The notes: generated from the sequence alone by a model not told the origin. Positions 14,450-28,080 are shown, numbered from the whole stretch's first letter. The stretch: DNA of 63,922 nt, filler included, from Olpidium bornovanus S191 (GCA_017911155.1; 27 parts of 27 records of this genome joined end to end with filler, not necessarily neighbours in it), one strand, 5' to 3'. Numbers and translations: made by a program.

Positions 14450-15784
14450 CTTTCAGAGCTCCCTGACCGATCTAAGCGCGTACAAGTTGACGCCGGCCGA
14501 ACGGGTGAGTGCAGAGCCATCCTTTTTCACTGACGTTCAAGTTTGCCGGACTTATGTATCGTAGCCTGTTTCGCGGCTGGCAGCAACGGCGGAAAGGGTG
14601 GTACCGGCCCAGGGTTTTCGAGGGCGCTGGCATCCGACCTGAACCGTCTGCTCGCCGCGCGTTTCCCAAAGATGGGAACGTTGAAAAGAATCACACGTCC
14701 GACCGCCTGTCGAGCCCGTACTTCGAAGCCGACGACTTCGCCGAGTTTCTAAACGACTACGCATCAAGGAAAGGCGCGTCGAAGGCAGAGGCGACGTCTC
14801 CGAAGTGCGCGGGGCGAACGCGCCTTCGCGGCGGGGAGCAGGAGGAAAAGCGTTATCGGCGGGATGCACCACAATGGAAGGCTCCTTCCTCTGAAATTCG
14901 GCCGGCGGGGCCGACTCGCAACCGTCAAGTGGAGCTGGAGCCGGAACATCCCCGAAGGCCCATCTCCAAGATATGCGAGCGTGAGGTGGACGTCGAAAGG
15001 GAGATCGCGCTTTTCGAGCAGAAGCGGTGCAATAAGAAGAGAACAACGGATGTCCCGGCGGGCGGGCCCGAGCCACTGCCGCCGAAGATGACGCGGGTTG
15101 CGAAATCGCGCGTAACGAAAGCCGACGAGGCGGGTTCAGAGCGTTCTGGCTTCTTTCACCCAGAACCACGTAAGAATGCTTTTTGCGATCGTCTCGATTG
15201 TGAGTTACGCCGCAACGGGCGTGTGATTTTTTTTTCTCCGGCTTTTTTTTGTTTTGTCTCTTGATTGTTCGGTGCCCTAAAGGGTTTCTCCTGAAATTCC
15301 TCCCCCAATCGCCTGCCATGCAATCAGTCGAGGGCAGCTTTCGGCCGCTAGATCCCCCGCCCCACGAGGAATTCAGTCCTTGCCGCGGCTACAGCTGCGA
15401 GATTTCGACACAACGGGAAATGGCCTCCAACTGGAAGAAAGTGAGTATTGGGGTAGGAAGTCGAAGAAAACCGATAGGTTCCAGATGCGTTGGTGTTTGC
15501 GTTTTGTTCACCGGCATGGATTCGTTCATTTTCGGGTCTCCGGGCGTACCCCAATTCCAGCCGGAAGACCCTCTGGCGTTCCTCAACGAGTGCGCTCGGT
15601 CGCTGACGTCGCTGACGTCGCCCATCACACGGGCGCTGGCGGAGGGACATTTCGCCAAATCTGCATGAGCTGGAGCATTTTCTGGGCTTCCAAATGACGT
15701 TGATTTTGTTGTGGCAAATGCGCAACGCGGCAAGTTTCGGAAGGAGCTCGAGGCGGAGCGGACTGCGCGGCTGAAACTGGAGGA
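14450..15784 (+). CDS. Hypothetical multi-exon protein fragment, unrecognised
   Basis: Protein-like + strand segments (PYFEADDFAEFLNDY, EREIALFEQKR, DVDFVVANAQRGKFRKELEAERTARLKLEE at the contig end). Exon structure not resolved. Confidence 0.3.
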
Positions 15785-15884
15785 NNNNNNNNNNNNNNNN
15801 NNNNNNNNNNNNNNNNNNNNNNNNNNNNTTAATTAATTAANNNNNNNNNNNNNNNNNNNNNNNNNNNNNNNNNNNNNNNNNNNN

Positions 15885-17050
15885 CATGTCCCATAACAAT
15901 GCACCAGCGGGTATAACGCCCAATATAATGGCGTACTTCCACCAACTGCTGGCCTCGGAAGTCGAGAATGCTCAAGAGCAGGCTCGAGAGCAAGTACTTG
16001 CCAGGGCACTACCGGCATCTGTGGAGGTGCCGCCGGTTAATTGAAAGCCTACGGAGCAGGAGCGTGCTGTAGCGAAGCTCCTCTCCTCCTACAAACAATG
16101 AGGAGATTCACCGGAAAGGATCGCCGCCCACACGTCTTTCACTCCTTCCTCCAAAACTTCGACAAATACGCGTCTCTAACGCGTCTCGAAGGGAAGGAAT
16201 CTTCTCCGGCAGCACTAGCCGGCTCCTCCGGCATTGGCTCCACTGCACGGGAGGCTGCCACCAACGGTTCCGTGTGTTATGCCGCCGATGCGCGCCACGT
16301 TGCCTTCGTGGACAAGAAACGTAGGCGTGCGGAGTCGGCGGCCGGTGGCCCAGTGATTGTCGAACTAACGCCTGAAAAGGAGAGGGAGGAGACTGCGCGA
16401 ACGGGACCATCGGCGACTCCGAGACTATCACCAGAACCAGAGAAGGCCGTTTTAATGCAGTCACCTCCACCCGCAAAGTCGATGTTGTTTGCCAATCGTG
16501 ATCCCGTGGTAGCCCCATCGGAGGCAAAGCATGACGGGGCGCGGAGATTGGTGAGTGAGGTCCAACTGGACTTCGATCCCCAGTGCTTCGTGGAAGCAAC
16601 GGTTGACGTGCCGACTATGATATCGCTGTGCCAATTTCTCGCGGCTTGCCAGGCCGACAGCACTGGGGTACCTGACAGAACTCTCGGTGCCATCCGTTGG
16701 CGCCGCATTGTGGTAACTGGGAAATAAAGTAGAGGATACTGTCCAAAATGCGGTCGACGAAACTGCCGGCCGGCAGGCGCCCGAAGTCAATCTTTAGTCA
16801 ACGAAAGTCACCCCCGGTTGATTGTCCGAAGACTCTTCCGCCCGCCAAATCATACGCCGTCAATCGAGCGGTCGAGGAGGCAGCGGCACTAGACCGTGGA
16901 GGGTTGGATTGGTGGAGAGGAGAACGTCATCGGGGTGGGGTGCGCGTCGATGAGGCCAGTTGATGTCGACATCGGCGAGGCCGTAGAAGAGGTCGTGCTG
17001 ACGGATCCATTTACGGAATCGGCGTATCTTTCGGCACTCGTAGCTGCGCA
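15885..17050 (+). CDS. Hypothetical protein fragment, possibly with a CxxC zinc ribbon
   Basis: ORF 16041-16727 continues in frame past a TAA into SRGYCPKCG; downstream segment GWIGGEENVIGVGC...VEEVVLTDPFTESAYLSAL. Family not recognised. Confidence 0.3.
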
Positions 17051-17815
17051 TAGTTGTGGCCCACAAAGATCCACCAACAGACAAACTGAAAACGAAACAG
17101 CAAACAAACTTGGAACGTGCGCACACACAACCGAAAAACAACTCCGTACCCGGTTCTCCGACTGAGTCGAAGAGGTGGCGCCCGACACGTCTCCCGCCGA
17201 GGGAATCTTCAACGGTTGGGGCCTCGGTCGGTTCCGACGGCACGGGCGAGGAGCAGCACGGCGAGGTGAGTGGCGACTGTGCGCAGCGCAAGGTGCGGGT
17301 GGCGTACAGGTCGACGGACGCGTCGACGAAACGAGCAAAAATCGACGCAGCGCAGCGACGGGGAGCCCGTGCAAGTTGCCCCCGGGCGGACCGATCCGCA
17401 CTGCTGCCCTCCATATCTGCGGAGACGGGCTGCGCCCCCAGGCCTCCACGCCGCGACCCCGGGAATTCTGATCGGCGAGGATGCGAGGCCCGGCGGCCGT
17501 TGCGACGTGCGCGAACCGCCGAGTTTGGTCGTTTCGGTTTTCCGGAGGGGAGGAGGGTTGGAGTGCGGGGAGCTCCGGGCAAAAGAAGGCGCGGCGGCTT
17601 ACGGTCTGGCCGCGCCTGTCCGCCTGTCCGTCCGTCGGGAGGAGGAGGGGAAAGCGGCGGAGCGGGAGGCCCCTCGCGGCGCAGGTCACAGGCACAGTAC
17701 GCGGCAGGCAGGTCGGGCCGGCCATTTTTTTTTTTTTTTTTTTTTTCGTTCATAATCCAGAACGGCGCGGGAGGAGGAGAACGGAGAGGGAGAGCGGAAA
17801 GAGAGAGGAGGGAAG

Positions 17816-17874
<59 letters not shown>

Positions 17875-18457
17875 NNNNNNNNNNNNNNNNNNNNNNNNNN
17901 NNNNNNNNNNNNNNNNNNTTAATTAATTAANNNNNNNNNNNNNNNNNNNNNNNNNNNNNNNNNNNNNNNNNNNNCCCAGCGTTCGCTCGGCAAAGGTGTC
18001 TTTACATTTTTTTACTCTTTTTTTTTTGCTTTTGGAACAGATACAAGCCGGTCTGAATTGTCTGGGCCCCAATGACCATAGCCGCTGGGTGTGTGGTCGG
18101 GGGTGGGGGGGGGGGTTTGACGGATCAATCCATAGGGTTTCTGATCGAAACACGAGGCAAGTCCGAAGCTACAGGGAACCCTCCCTTCCCCCCCACACCT
18201 CCCCACATTTCGCAAGCCGAGTTGAATGATTCGCCGCTGCGGCGCCTTCGCCGTGCAGGCAAAAAAAAAAAGGGGGGGGGGGGGGGGGGTTGCCGCGCAG
18301 GCAGGGCAGCGGTCCGGTGTTCCCGCGGCGTGCATGATCCCCCCTTCGAATACGGCCCCGCCCGCTTTGCAGCCCGCGCGCGCGCGCACAGGGGACGGGC
18401 CCGAATCGACAGTGATCAGGCGATTTTCGGAATCAAAAACCCGCGAGGGGAGAAACG

Positions 18458-18498
<41 letters not shown>

Positions 18499-18741
18499 CT
18501 GTCGCTATTGCTCTTTGAGGTTCGCCCGCCCGAAAAAAAAAAAAAAAATAAGAAAAAAATACAAATTATTCACCGCCCCGCGAAAGTGAGAGGTCACCTA
18601 CCTCGCCGCTTTCTCTGCTCTCTCTCTCTCGCTCTCAATCCCTCAGTCTCTCAGTTCTTTCCCTCTCTCTCTGCTCTCTCCGTGTCTCCCTCTCTTTGCT
18701 CTTCCGTTCTCTCTCTCTCTCTTTCTCTCTGCTCTCTCCGT

Positions 18742-18774
<33 letters not shown>

Positions 18775-19253
18775 TTCTCGCTCGCTCGTCGTCGCTCGTC
18801 CGCACTCGGGCGGCCCCGCGCTTCCCCACGCAGGCACGTTTTTTGTCCGCACTTCGTGCCCTCTCCACACACCCACCCCCCCACACCCTCTCCCCGTCCT
18901 CCCCGGCGCGCGGCGCGGATAAAAACCCCCCCATAGTTCTGTGCGCGCGCGCCCCCGAACGCGCCGCGGACACCATGGCGAACTGCTTCAGCAAATTCGG
19001 CCGGCTGCAGTGGTTTTACAACATTGGCCTCCGCTGGCCCCTAGCGCATCAATGTGATTTAGAATTCACCATAAGCCCGCACTCATTGGTTTGANNNNNN
19101 NNNNNNNNNNNNNNNNNNNNNNNNNNNNNNNNNNNNNNTTAATTAATTAANNNNNNNNNNNNNNNNNNNNNNNNNNNNNNNNNNNNNNNNNNNNCACACC
19201 CCCGCCACAGACATCCCCCCCCCCCCCCCCCCCCCCCCCCCCAACCCAGAAAC

Positions 19254-19968
19254 CTGGAGATGCGGTCCAAAATCTAGCTCCCTCATGATCTGCGCCAGTT
19301 TCGCCTGGTTCTCCCTGTCCCTCGCCGCCTCGTTCGCGGCGTCGAGCAGCCTCTCCGCGGCCTCCAGCGCCTGACGCACGGAGGCGTGGTCGTCGCTGTC
19401 TTTGGCTGTGTAGTGGAGGATCTGCCTCAGGAGCAGGGGGTACCGCGTCACCCGCTGCATCGGGCTGAGAAGGAAGCTGCTGAAATCCAGGTTGCGGCAT
19501 CGCGGGTCGGCTTGGCACCGCTTCAGGAATTCGCCGAGTTGGGCGTTCTTCTTCCGCAGTTTCTGCAGGAACGTCGAGGCGTTCATCTGGTTCCCGCAGT
19601 AGACGAGGTACACCCGCAAGGACTCGACCTGGATCGTGAGAGCCCCCGAGGAAATTGGATGAGAACCCAGCTTCCTTTTTCAGATGGCTCGCTCTGATCG
19701 CGCAATACCTTTAAACCTACCAACCAAACCCCCCCCCCCCCCCCCCCCGCAAACCCGCCAAGAATACAAAACGAAACAAAAGAAAAAAAATGCCTACGTG
19801 GCGAAGAAATATATCCCCGATGTTTTGGACAATGAACGCGTCATCTTCCCTCCTGGCTTCCAGTTCAGAAAGAATCCCCGTGTTGCAGAGAAGAATGTCC
19901 TCGACATTGGAAAATATGCTCTGGAGCTCCACTTTGGTGAGGTGCCTATGCAGCGGCCCGTAGAACAC
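19254..19968 (-). CDS. RhoGEF DH domain (intersectin-like), internal 2 exons
   Basis: VFYGPLHRHLTKVELQSIFSNVEDILLCN...IGDIFLRH | VESLRVYLVYCGNQMNA...EFLKRCQADPRCRNLDFSSFLLSPMQRVTRYPLLLRQIL..T..DS.DH is the DH consensus, closest in style to intersectin (DPRC...LSSF.LKPMQRVTRYPL). Confidence 0.88.
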
Positions 19969-20112
19969 CTTGCCAAGCAGACAAAATCTCGTTAGGAAAA
20001 ATTCATTTTCGCCGAAACTCTCATAAAAAAAACAACCCAAAATATACAGCAAAAAGCAAATAGAAAAACAAAACAAAAAGAAAGAAATAACCAACAACAA
20101 AACCAAAATAGC

Positions 20113-20210
<98 letters not shown>

Positions 20211-21229
20211 NNNNNNNNNNNNNNNNNNNNNNNNNNNNNNNNNNNNNNNNNNNNTTAATTAATTAANNNNNNNNNNNNNNNNNNNNNNNNNNNNNNNNNN
20301 NNNNNNNNNNGCATGGGTTCCGCGAAATAAGATCCCCTTTACGTCCCGTACTTTATTTGTTTTGCCCTCGTTTCAGACAAAACCCGTCGTCGGAATGGGG
20401 TCCCGCCCCCGTCCCTCCCTGACCACGCGCAGAGCACCGGCCATCCGTCTCGCACACGCCATTACCATTACCTCCATCCTGCAACCGATGCGTAGCCGCC
20501 TTTGCACACCACCGCCATTGCCGGAATCGCCCTGACCGAGCTCATCACACCTGTTAACCACACGCATCCCGTCGACCACCTTTGTAGTTGCCGGGAAATC
20601 GGCGCAGCGCAATCTTTTCTCGACATCAGTGAATGCAACCGGGATGTGGCGGAGTTTGCCCGAAACGATGTCAACATCGTCTCCGCATAATGAATTTTTT
20701 TTTCTATCTCTTTATCTATATCTCTCTCCCTCTCTTTTTCTCTTTTTTTCTTCCGCGCGCAGTTCTGCCACTGAGGATAACAAGCCTCGTTGTCTTCGCG
20801 TGCCTCACAGATCTCCCTCCATCTATTCGACGCGGGGATCTGCCTCGGTGCGCATTGGGAACTGCCTGGCGTCACCCTACAAGGGGGCAGAGGGGGGGGG
20901 TTCCAACCGAGGTGGCATGTTTGCTTGCGGAATTAGGTTCGATCTTTTGCATAGCAGCCTACATAGCGTTTCCGCAATGAGGTCCATCACAGAAAAGCAA
21001 TTTTCCGAACTCCCGTCAATGATTCCAGAATGGCCTGAATGCGATTGGCGGAAATGCCGAATACGCATATTCGAAGACATGTTTTGCAAGAGCTTAGACG
21101 GGCTCCTTGGGCAGGCGCGTTTTGCATGCCCTCAAAGCTAAGTTTCTCTCGGGGTAACAGAATGACGGACGCCCCACAGTCATCTTCCGTGTCTCTCCGA
21201 TTTACCAGTCTTCAACGCCGTCACCGGGC

Positions 21230-21469
21230 TTGACCACCGCGGTTTCGCGGCAATGAGTTTACCAGCGCTCTCCACTGACGGGAGTAGGGAAAAAATCTGA
21301 AATGAGGTTGGAAGAAGGGAGGCAAATTGTTGCGCGGAGTGCTCCGTACCTTTGCTGCGCATGCTACTGCTGAGCGTCCAGGTAGACTCTCCAGAAATTC
21401 TGACCAGCTTGGCCCATTTCCTATTTTAGTGGCGCAAGTAACAAACTTTTAAATTTCTGCTTCCGACCA
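21230..21469 (-). pseudogene. Myb/SANT-like repeat with one in-frame TAA, 2 exons
   Basis: WSEAEI*KFVTCATKIGNGPSWSEFLESLPGRSAVACAAK | WRALVNSL: W-x20-W-x18-W spacing and a PGRS...C..KW motif. GT-AG intron 21349-21275; TAA at 21449-21451. Confidence 0.55.
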
Positions 21470-21966
21470 TTTTGGACGTTTTCCGACGTCATCAACCTTT
21501 TCGCTAACATCCGGCACATGAAACGGCGGATAATCCTGCAACCTTTGAAGACGGGCCAACTGAACGCACGTCAGCCAAGAATTTCTTCTTATCCAAGATG
21601 TCGGCCGGGGCGATGACAGCCACAAACTTTTATTTGACTTGGCAGTCGTTCAGAACAAGGGGCCCGTTGTGGTTTTTCATGAGATCCCATCTTGTTGCCA
21701 ATCTTGTTTGGAGTTTTCCGCAGAATGCGAACAACTTCTTTGGAGATTATGCGGGGCGGAGCGGGAAGGGGAGGGTATATTCAGTTGTCGCAGGGGCCNN
21801 NNNNNNNNNNNNNNNNNNNNNNNNNNNNNNNNNNNNNNNNNNTTAATTAATTAANNNNNNNNNNNNNNNNNNNNNNNNNNNNNNNNNNNNNNNNNNNNCC
21901 CCGCCCGCCGTCACTCCGGCCGAAAAAAAAGATTAGACGAGACCAAAATATGCAACGGCGACGTAC

Positions 21967-23115
21967 CATTTACGCGGTCGTTCATCACGAAACCGCCGGC
22001 GTCCATGATCCGCCTCGCTTCCTGCGAGTCGCTGCCCTTGTGGTCATACGATAACCGGACTGCTTGCCTCCCACGGCTGCGCGGGTGACGCCGACGGCGG
22101 CGGTGAATCAGGCGTAGTACGAGAAAGGAGCAGAAATGAGCTTTAACATCCTCCGCCCCCCTCCCCTTTCCCACACACACACACTCTCTCTCTCTCTCTC
22201 TCCGTTGTGCAATATTAAGTGTACGACCCGAAGGAAAAAAGACGAATACCGCCCGCCCTGCACGAACTTGTTCTGACCAAAGGATAGCTCGCGCGTCACC
22301 GACGTTGCCTGCATACAGCTGTCTCTGGTTGATTGACCAAGAAAAACACAGCCCCCAAATCACGAGCCGGAAGTCAGCGAACAGACAAGCGCACAGCGTT
22401 CCCGAACCAACCGAAGGCGCCGCCGCCTAAGGCATACCTTGTGCGTAGGAGGTTTGTCGGTGGGTGTGATGTTCCCGTCGACGGGCCGGCCGCTGTCGGT
22501 CTCCGACCGGACGAAAACAACGATGGCCGTGCAGCCGGAGTATCTTCCCTGCCGCTGCTTGTTGAGTTGCTCGTCCGCCGCCAGGAACGCCTCGTGCACG
22601 ACGTCCTGGACCGGCGTAGATGGGTCAGCGGCCTTGAGAACCTGGCTAAACGTCTTGCGAATTCAGGAAGCCGGGCGAATTCAAACGGGGTCAGTTACCA
22701 ATGGACAGGAGTTTGCAATTAGAACCTTGGCGGGATTTCCCTTCCCCTCCCGTACCCCGCCCTTTATCCCGGCCCTCCTCCCGCCCTCGCCCTTCCCCCG
22801 CCCCTCCAGCCGCCCCTCCTATCCTCCCGCCCATCCTCCAGCCTCCCCCCAATCCCCTCCTTCCCCATCCCCCCGCCGACCCCCTATCCCGGCGCGGCAA
22901 AGCGACGAACACAAGGGGCACGAGGGGAATTTCCATAGATTGTTGCTGCAGCTTTACGTTTGCCTTTCAGCGTTGTGAGCGATTTGCGGACCACGTACCT
23001 CGTGGAAATGATCCCCGCACCAATCCGCCGCCTGCTTCCCGGCGTGGCCGTCAAATATTGCAAAGAAACCCTGGCCTTTCACGTTGTCAAAGTCGCACAG
23101 GTAGCAGTGCGAGTC
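21967..23115 (-). CDS. PTC1: Protein phosphatase 2C (PTC1-like), internal 4 exons
   Basis: DSH...[19 protein letters not shown] | AFLAADEQL...SGCTAIV | [15 protein letters not shown] | [36 protein letters not shown]. Confidence 0.9.
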
Positions 23116-23417
23116 CTGGTGGCGCGGGAACAGGAAAAAAAAGGCGGAACTTCAGAACGATGCGTAATAATAACGCGCCCAAACAATCCTCCTTCGGTCT
23201 CGAAACAAGCGACAGGGTCCTCCTCCGCAGGATCAGCAGGATTCACAGGATCCGCTCCTCCTCCGCAGGATCTTCCTTTTTAGGCCTCAAAAAGTAAGCC
23301 CCCGAGCGTGCGGGGGTCACCGGTCTCCTTCACACCGTTCCCCCGCGCGCATCCTAGCCGGCCGAGATGGAGCCGTTGCGCAGTGGAGTGCACGCGCTTG
23401 CTGTGTGCCTCTCTTCC

Positions 23418-23485
<68 letters not shown>

Positions 23486-23664
23486 CCAGGCCCNNNNNNN
23501 NNNNNNNNNNNNNNNNNNNNNNNNNNNNNNNNNNNNNTTAATTAATTAANNNNNNNNNNNNNNNNNNNNNNNNNNNNNNNNNNNNNNNNNNNNAGCATGC
23601 CGCGAATTGTCGTCGAACGTACCCGACATATACTAAAAAAAACTTTTCTTAAAAAACGCCGCAG

Positions 23665-25301
23665 TACTTTGCGTACTCCGGCTTGAACACAAACATCGGC
23701 GCGTTGACAGATGCGACTTCTTGGGGCCTTACATTTCTGCTCATTCTCGTGGCCTGCGGAGGCAAGGTTATAGGTTGCGGTTTGGCGGCGCGGCTGACCA
23801 AGTACAACACGAGAGAGTCTCTTGCCATCGGATTCCTGATGAACACCAAAGGGTAATTTGTTTGTTGGCCGTTCGAAAGAGCGCCGTTCTGCAGAATTTG
23901 AACGCTTTTTTTTTCCTGACAATAGGTTGGTCGAGTTGATCGTGTTGAACTTGGGTTACCAAGCCGGGGTTATCAATCAAAAGGTGTTCACGATGTTTGT
24001 CATCATGGCCCTTGTAACGACTTTCATGACAGGTATTTTCTCTCGTCATATCCGATTATTTTCGCGCGCATGATACCTGCTAATGCTGCTAACTCCATGT
24101 CAGTTCCGATGGTGGCCGCCATATATCCGTTGCACATGTATGAGAACACGATAGAGGAGAGGAGAATGGCGGAAGCTGACGAGGACAGTCTCGCGGAGAA
24201 GGGAGTGCAAGGGAAGTTAGACGTGCTGCTATGCATTCCGAACATGGAGGTAGGAGGCGCGATGCCGTTTTGTCACGGCCAAAACCTGTAGTCGCTTATT
24301 TCCTAATCGTATTGACTCTATTGACTCTCGCGCTCTAGACGATACCGTCCGTGATGGCCATAACCCAGCTGCTAAACAGTGCTGGCGGTAAATTCCGATT
24401 TAGGGCACTGCGGTTGATTCCGCTGTCTGACCGCGCGTCAAGTCTCTTGATGGCCACGACCACGGACACCATCCACACTTTCCAGGCAGACCCGATCTTC
24501 AAGGTTTTTCAGACGTTCACGCAGTTGACACGGGTCGGCGTAAAGACGACTGTCAGCGTTCTCCCGCCGGCTGAGTTCCCGACGAACATCGTCGCGGTTT
24601 CGTCGAACACGGACGCCAACATAGTCTTGTTTCCCTACGTGGCCGGCTCCGGTGACCAGTGGAAAGACCTGGTGGAGTACGTCAACGCGCACACGGTTTG
24701 CACGACCGTCATGCTGATTGACCGTGGATTCGGGGGGGGCGAGGACCACGTCGAAGGCGACAATCTGCGGCTGGCCAAGGCGACGCCGGCGCAGAAGGTG
24801 TGCGTGGTTTTTCAAGGCGGGACGGATGACCAGGAGGTTCTCCGGCTGGCGTACTACGTGGCAAAGTCGCGGACGGTCCAGATCAATGTTCTGCGGATTC
24901 ACCCGGCGTCGGCGTCTGCGTCGGCGGCTTGCACGAGTTCAGCGGAGACGACGGAGGAATCCACTCAGAGCGCGCGGCTGCTGGCGCCCCTGGCGCCGTT
25001 CCCGAACGTCACCGTGACCGACCTGGCCATACCCGCCGCCGAGGACCAGGCGGAAGTCATCGCCCGCGCGGGCCGCGGGTTCGCGGAGGGCGACCTGGTC
25101 ATCCTTGGCCGCGGGCTGTACGACACGTGCGGCGGCGGATCGTCTCGGAATTTGCGGGGCTGGGCGGAGAGCGAGTGCCGGGCGTCGGTCCTGGTCGTCT
25201 CGGCGGGGCCGCGCGGCCTGGGCGGCCGCGACTCAAGGCTTATGACCGGCGATCTCGGGAACGCGGCCGGAAGCTCGACAGAGACCGTCATCAGCGACTG
25301 A
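23665..25301 (+). CDS. KHA1: K+/H+ antiporter (KHA1-like, CPA2), C-terminal half, 5' partial
   Basis: [12 protein letters not shown]...[12 protein letters not shown]...[12 protein letters not shown] | [33 protein letters not shown], followed by a CHX/KHA1-type cytosolic tail ([13 protein letters not shown]; [15 protein letters not shown]). Stop at 25299-25301. Confidence 0.9.
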
Positions 25302-26064
25302 CGTTGTTTTTTTTTTTCTTCCCCTCCCCCCCTCCCCATTGGAAAATGCCTTTTCGAAAGTCTGACCTAGCACGCGGATGCAGCGCCTTTTGCCACCAGC
25401 CGCAAGTGTTCCCCGACTGTAGTCGGGTATTATCCCTCCTTACGTTCGTATTATCCCTCCTTACGTTCTCTTCTCGGTTTTCACGTTATGCCTTCCCGTC
25501 CCTCCCTCCTTCTCCCCCCCTTTTCTTCTCTATTTTGTTTCGCATCTTAAACCGCCACAAATATTCTGGCTTTTCCGCGGAAAGACATCCAACCACGTCA
25601 TCAGGTATTTACCCTTCTCTCGGGCTTCCGGGCCCTTCACTTCCAGTTAGCCGGACCCATCTTCCCCCCCCCCCTATTCCTCTTACCCCTCCTCCTGCTC
25701 CCTTTTAACTAGGAATCGAACAGGCACTTGCCGCCCCGGTTCATTTTGCTGGCCGTCCCCGCACGGGGACATCACCACTGTTTCCTCGTCACGCCACGCC
25801 CCCCCTCCTCGGTTCCGGGGGGGGGGGGGGGATGGGCTTCGGGCATGCGCCTATTCTGTCGGCGTCCGCTATGCGGGACATAGCTTCGCGGGGGCGGCCG
25901 TCTCGGTTCTCGACGTCACAATCGCAGCGCGGTCACCTGCCCTGGGAGCCAGAGACTCCGGTACNNNNNNNNNNNNNNNNNNNNNNNNNNNNNNNNNNNN
26001 NNNNNNNNTTAATTAATTAANNNNNNNNNNNNNNNNNNNNNNNNNNNNNNNNNNNNNNNNNNNN

Positions 26065-28080
26065 AAAAGCGGAAGCATTTTTTTGTTTAGCTTTTGCGGC
26101 GTAGACGTTCCGCTTTTATTCTTTCTTGAAGACATCGCAAACTTTATTAGAGAACAACGCACGTTGCGGCAACCCGGAGAGCATGACAAAATTGAAAATC
26201 AACAGATCCGCGGCGACGCAGGACGCTGGCGTATACCGTCGGGAGGGATTCCCACGCAGCGATTCTGACGGACGCGGGCGCGCTGGGCACCAGCGAAACC
26301 GCGACCGCGAAAGCAGCCAGGTGGTGCCCGAACGCGTGGTGAAAAACTTTTAGAAGGGATAGCGCTTGCAACGCCATGCCCGTGCAACAGCCCGCGAGTT
26401 CCGGTTGAACTGTCGGGGGCGCAATAACGCTACTCGCGCTCCGGACGCAATTCCAGAGCTCGTCCAACGTTTCGGTTATGCATTCAGGGCCTTCGGGCTT
26501 GGCGAAGTAGCAGAACGGAAATGCGACCAGAGCCGTGAAATCGGCAGCGACGTCGGAAATGGTCATTTCCTCGGCTGGATCTTGAGGGTCCGGCAGAGGT
26601 GAGCCGCGGAGTAGGCAAGCGTTGCCGTCGAAAAGTTATTAGCAAATTGTGCCTCACCACTATCTGCCCGTACAACAAGTCGCCGCAACATCTGAAGGCA
26701 CTCCTTGTACAAGGTTTCTACTGCTCCGAGATCTTCAAACTTTGAACGATTTCGCAGATGTAAGCCAGTAAGAGTAGGAGGCGCGGATTTTTTCATTTTA
26801 CGCGGCCACAAGGCGAAAGGATCTCACCCTACCTTCGCTAGATCAGCTCGGTTCGCCAGATGCTGTACAACAAGTTTTGACGGCTTTTGCAACTGTCCTG
26901 AAAGTGAAGTCAGGCTTCCGTGACCTGCGTCGACGAGGGCCTGGAACGAGACGCTCATGGATTTTATCGTCTCTTGAGAACTCTGCTATGCGAAGCCGGG
27001 CTTTTCAGATTGACTTGTCACGCCGGCCGTTCTATCGACGGTCGCAATGCCGTGTTCTGTCCTAGTTACCTTCCGATCGTCCAGATTGAGATCAGAATAT
27101 GCTGACTCGTATGTTTCGACGAAGCGGTGTTTTAGATGATTTGGTGAACACGCATCATCCACGTCAGCCGCCGCAACCGGACACGACCTGCGGTCGTTTA
27201 ATTTACGACGCTTTCTTCGTCCGTCATCGGCTTCGGCGACAGCTCCAGTCGACGGAGGAAGCGAGACCGCCTCCCGCACCTGATTCGGATAGCAATTAGT
27301 TCCGAAACAGTTCGCGAACTTCCGCTGGCAGGTCTTCCGACGGAATCCAAACGCATTTAACAAACCGGAGGGTTAACTCCGGCTTACCTCCAGGCGAATT
27401 ATCCGAGCGGCGTGCAAGATGCACCTAGTGGCCAGGTCTTCCAGCTCCTCGTTTCGCACGCACGCAAGCAGAGTTTCAATAATTGGATCCAGTGACAGGC
27501 ATGAGACGGCTTGGTTACGGAAGCATGCGACGAGCAGGGACAACAACGTGTTCTAGAAGCGCGCGAGGAGCGCGGTTCGGCGTCGGAATTTACGAGACGC
27601 GTTAGATGGCAGGACAACCCGATAAAGCTTGAACAACACACGTCTGGCGACCAGCCTCCCTCGGAAGAGGCGCAGGTAACGACGCACCTTGATGGCAGCA
27701 TGGCCACGATCCGCGAACCGCCGGCTTTTTAGGATGCTCAGCAAGGCGGCCAACACCTTTGAGCGCACATGGCTGTTGAACAGTGTTTTGTCGTCCTCTA
27801 ACCCCACGATGACCCCGATGATTCGGTTGACAGCCAACGACCACTCAGCGGGGCTCGCCGCCTCGCCGGCCCCGACAATCAACGCCGCCACATGCAGCGA
27901 TAGAAAAAGCGCACTGTCGGACACCTCAGGTTCGGTGACCTCGCAGCTGAGAAGAGCAAATAAGATGTCCATGCAGCCCTGCAAATTTGGGGTACACCGA
28001 ATCAATAACGGCGATGTCTTGTTTGGCATTCGCCAATCGTTTGCTCAAATTTCTTCTTGCTTCTAGCAGCGGAACACAGG
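26065..28080 (-). CDS. Large alpha-helical hypothetical protein fragment; exon structure unresolved
   Basis: Several protein-like - strand ORFs with amphipathic helices (e.g. CMDILFALLSCEVTEPEV...KVLAALLSIL; VETLYKECLQMLRRL). No diagnostic motif. Confidence 0.3.

Noticed and set aside
15700-15784. Leucine-rich-repeat motif LPKLAALRICHNKI on the minus strand
   Set aside because: Only one copy is present, and the plus strand gives an equally protein-like reading. It is probably an antisense coincidence.
17990-18090. Micro-exon IQAGLNCLGPNDHSRW flanked by AG/GT
   Set aside because: Probably real coding sequence, but too short to assign and the rest of the gene is not in the contig.
25428-25470. 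21-bp direct duplication gtattatccctccttacgttc
   Set aside because: Two adjacent copies in a pyrimidine-rich 3' region; consistent with simple replication slippage.
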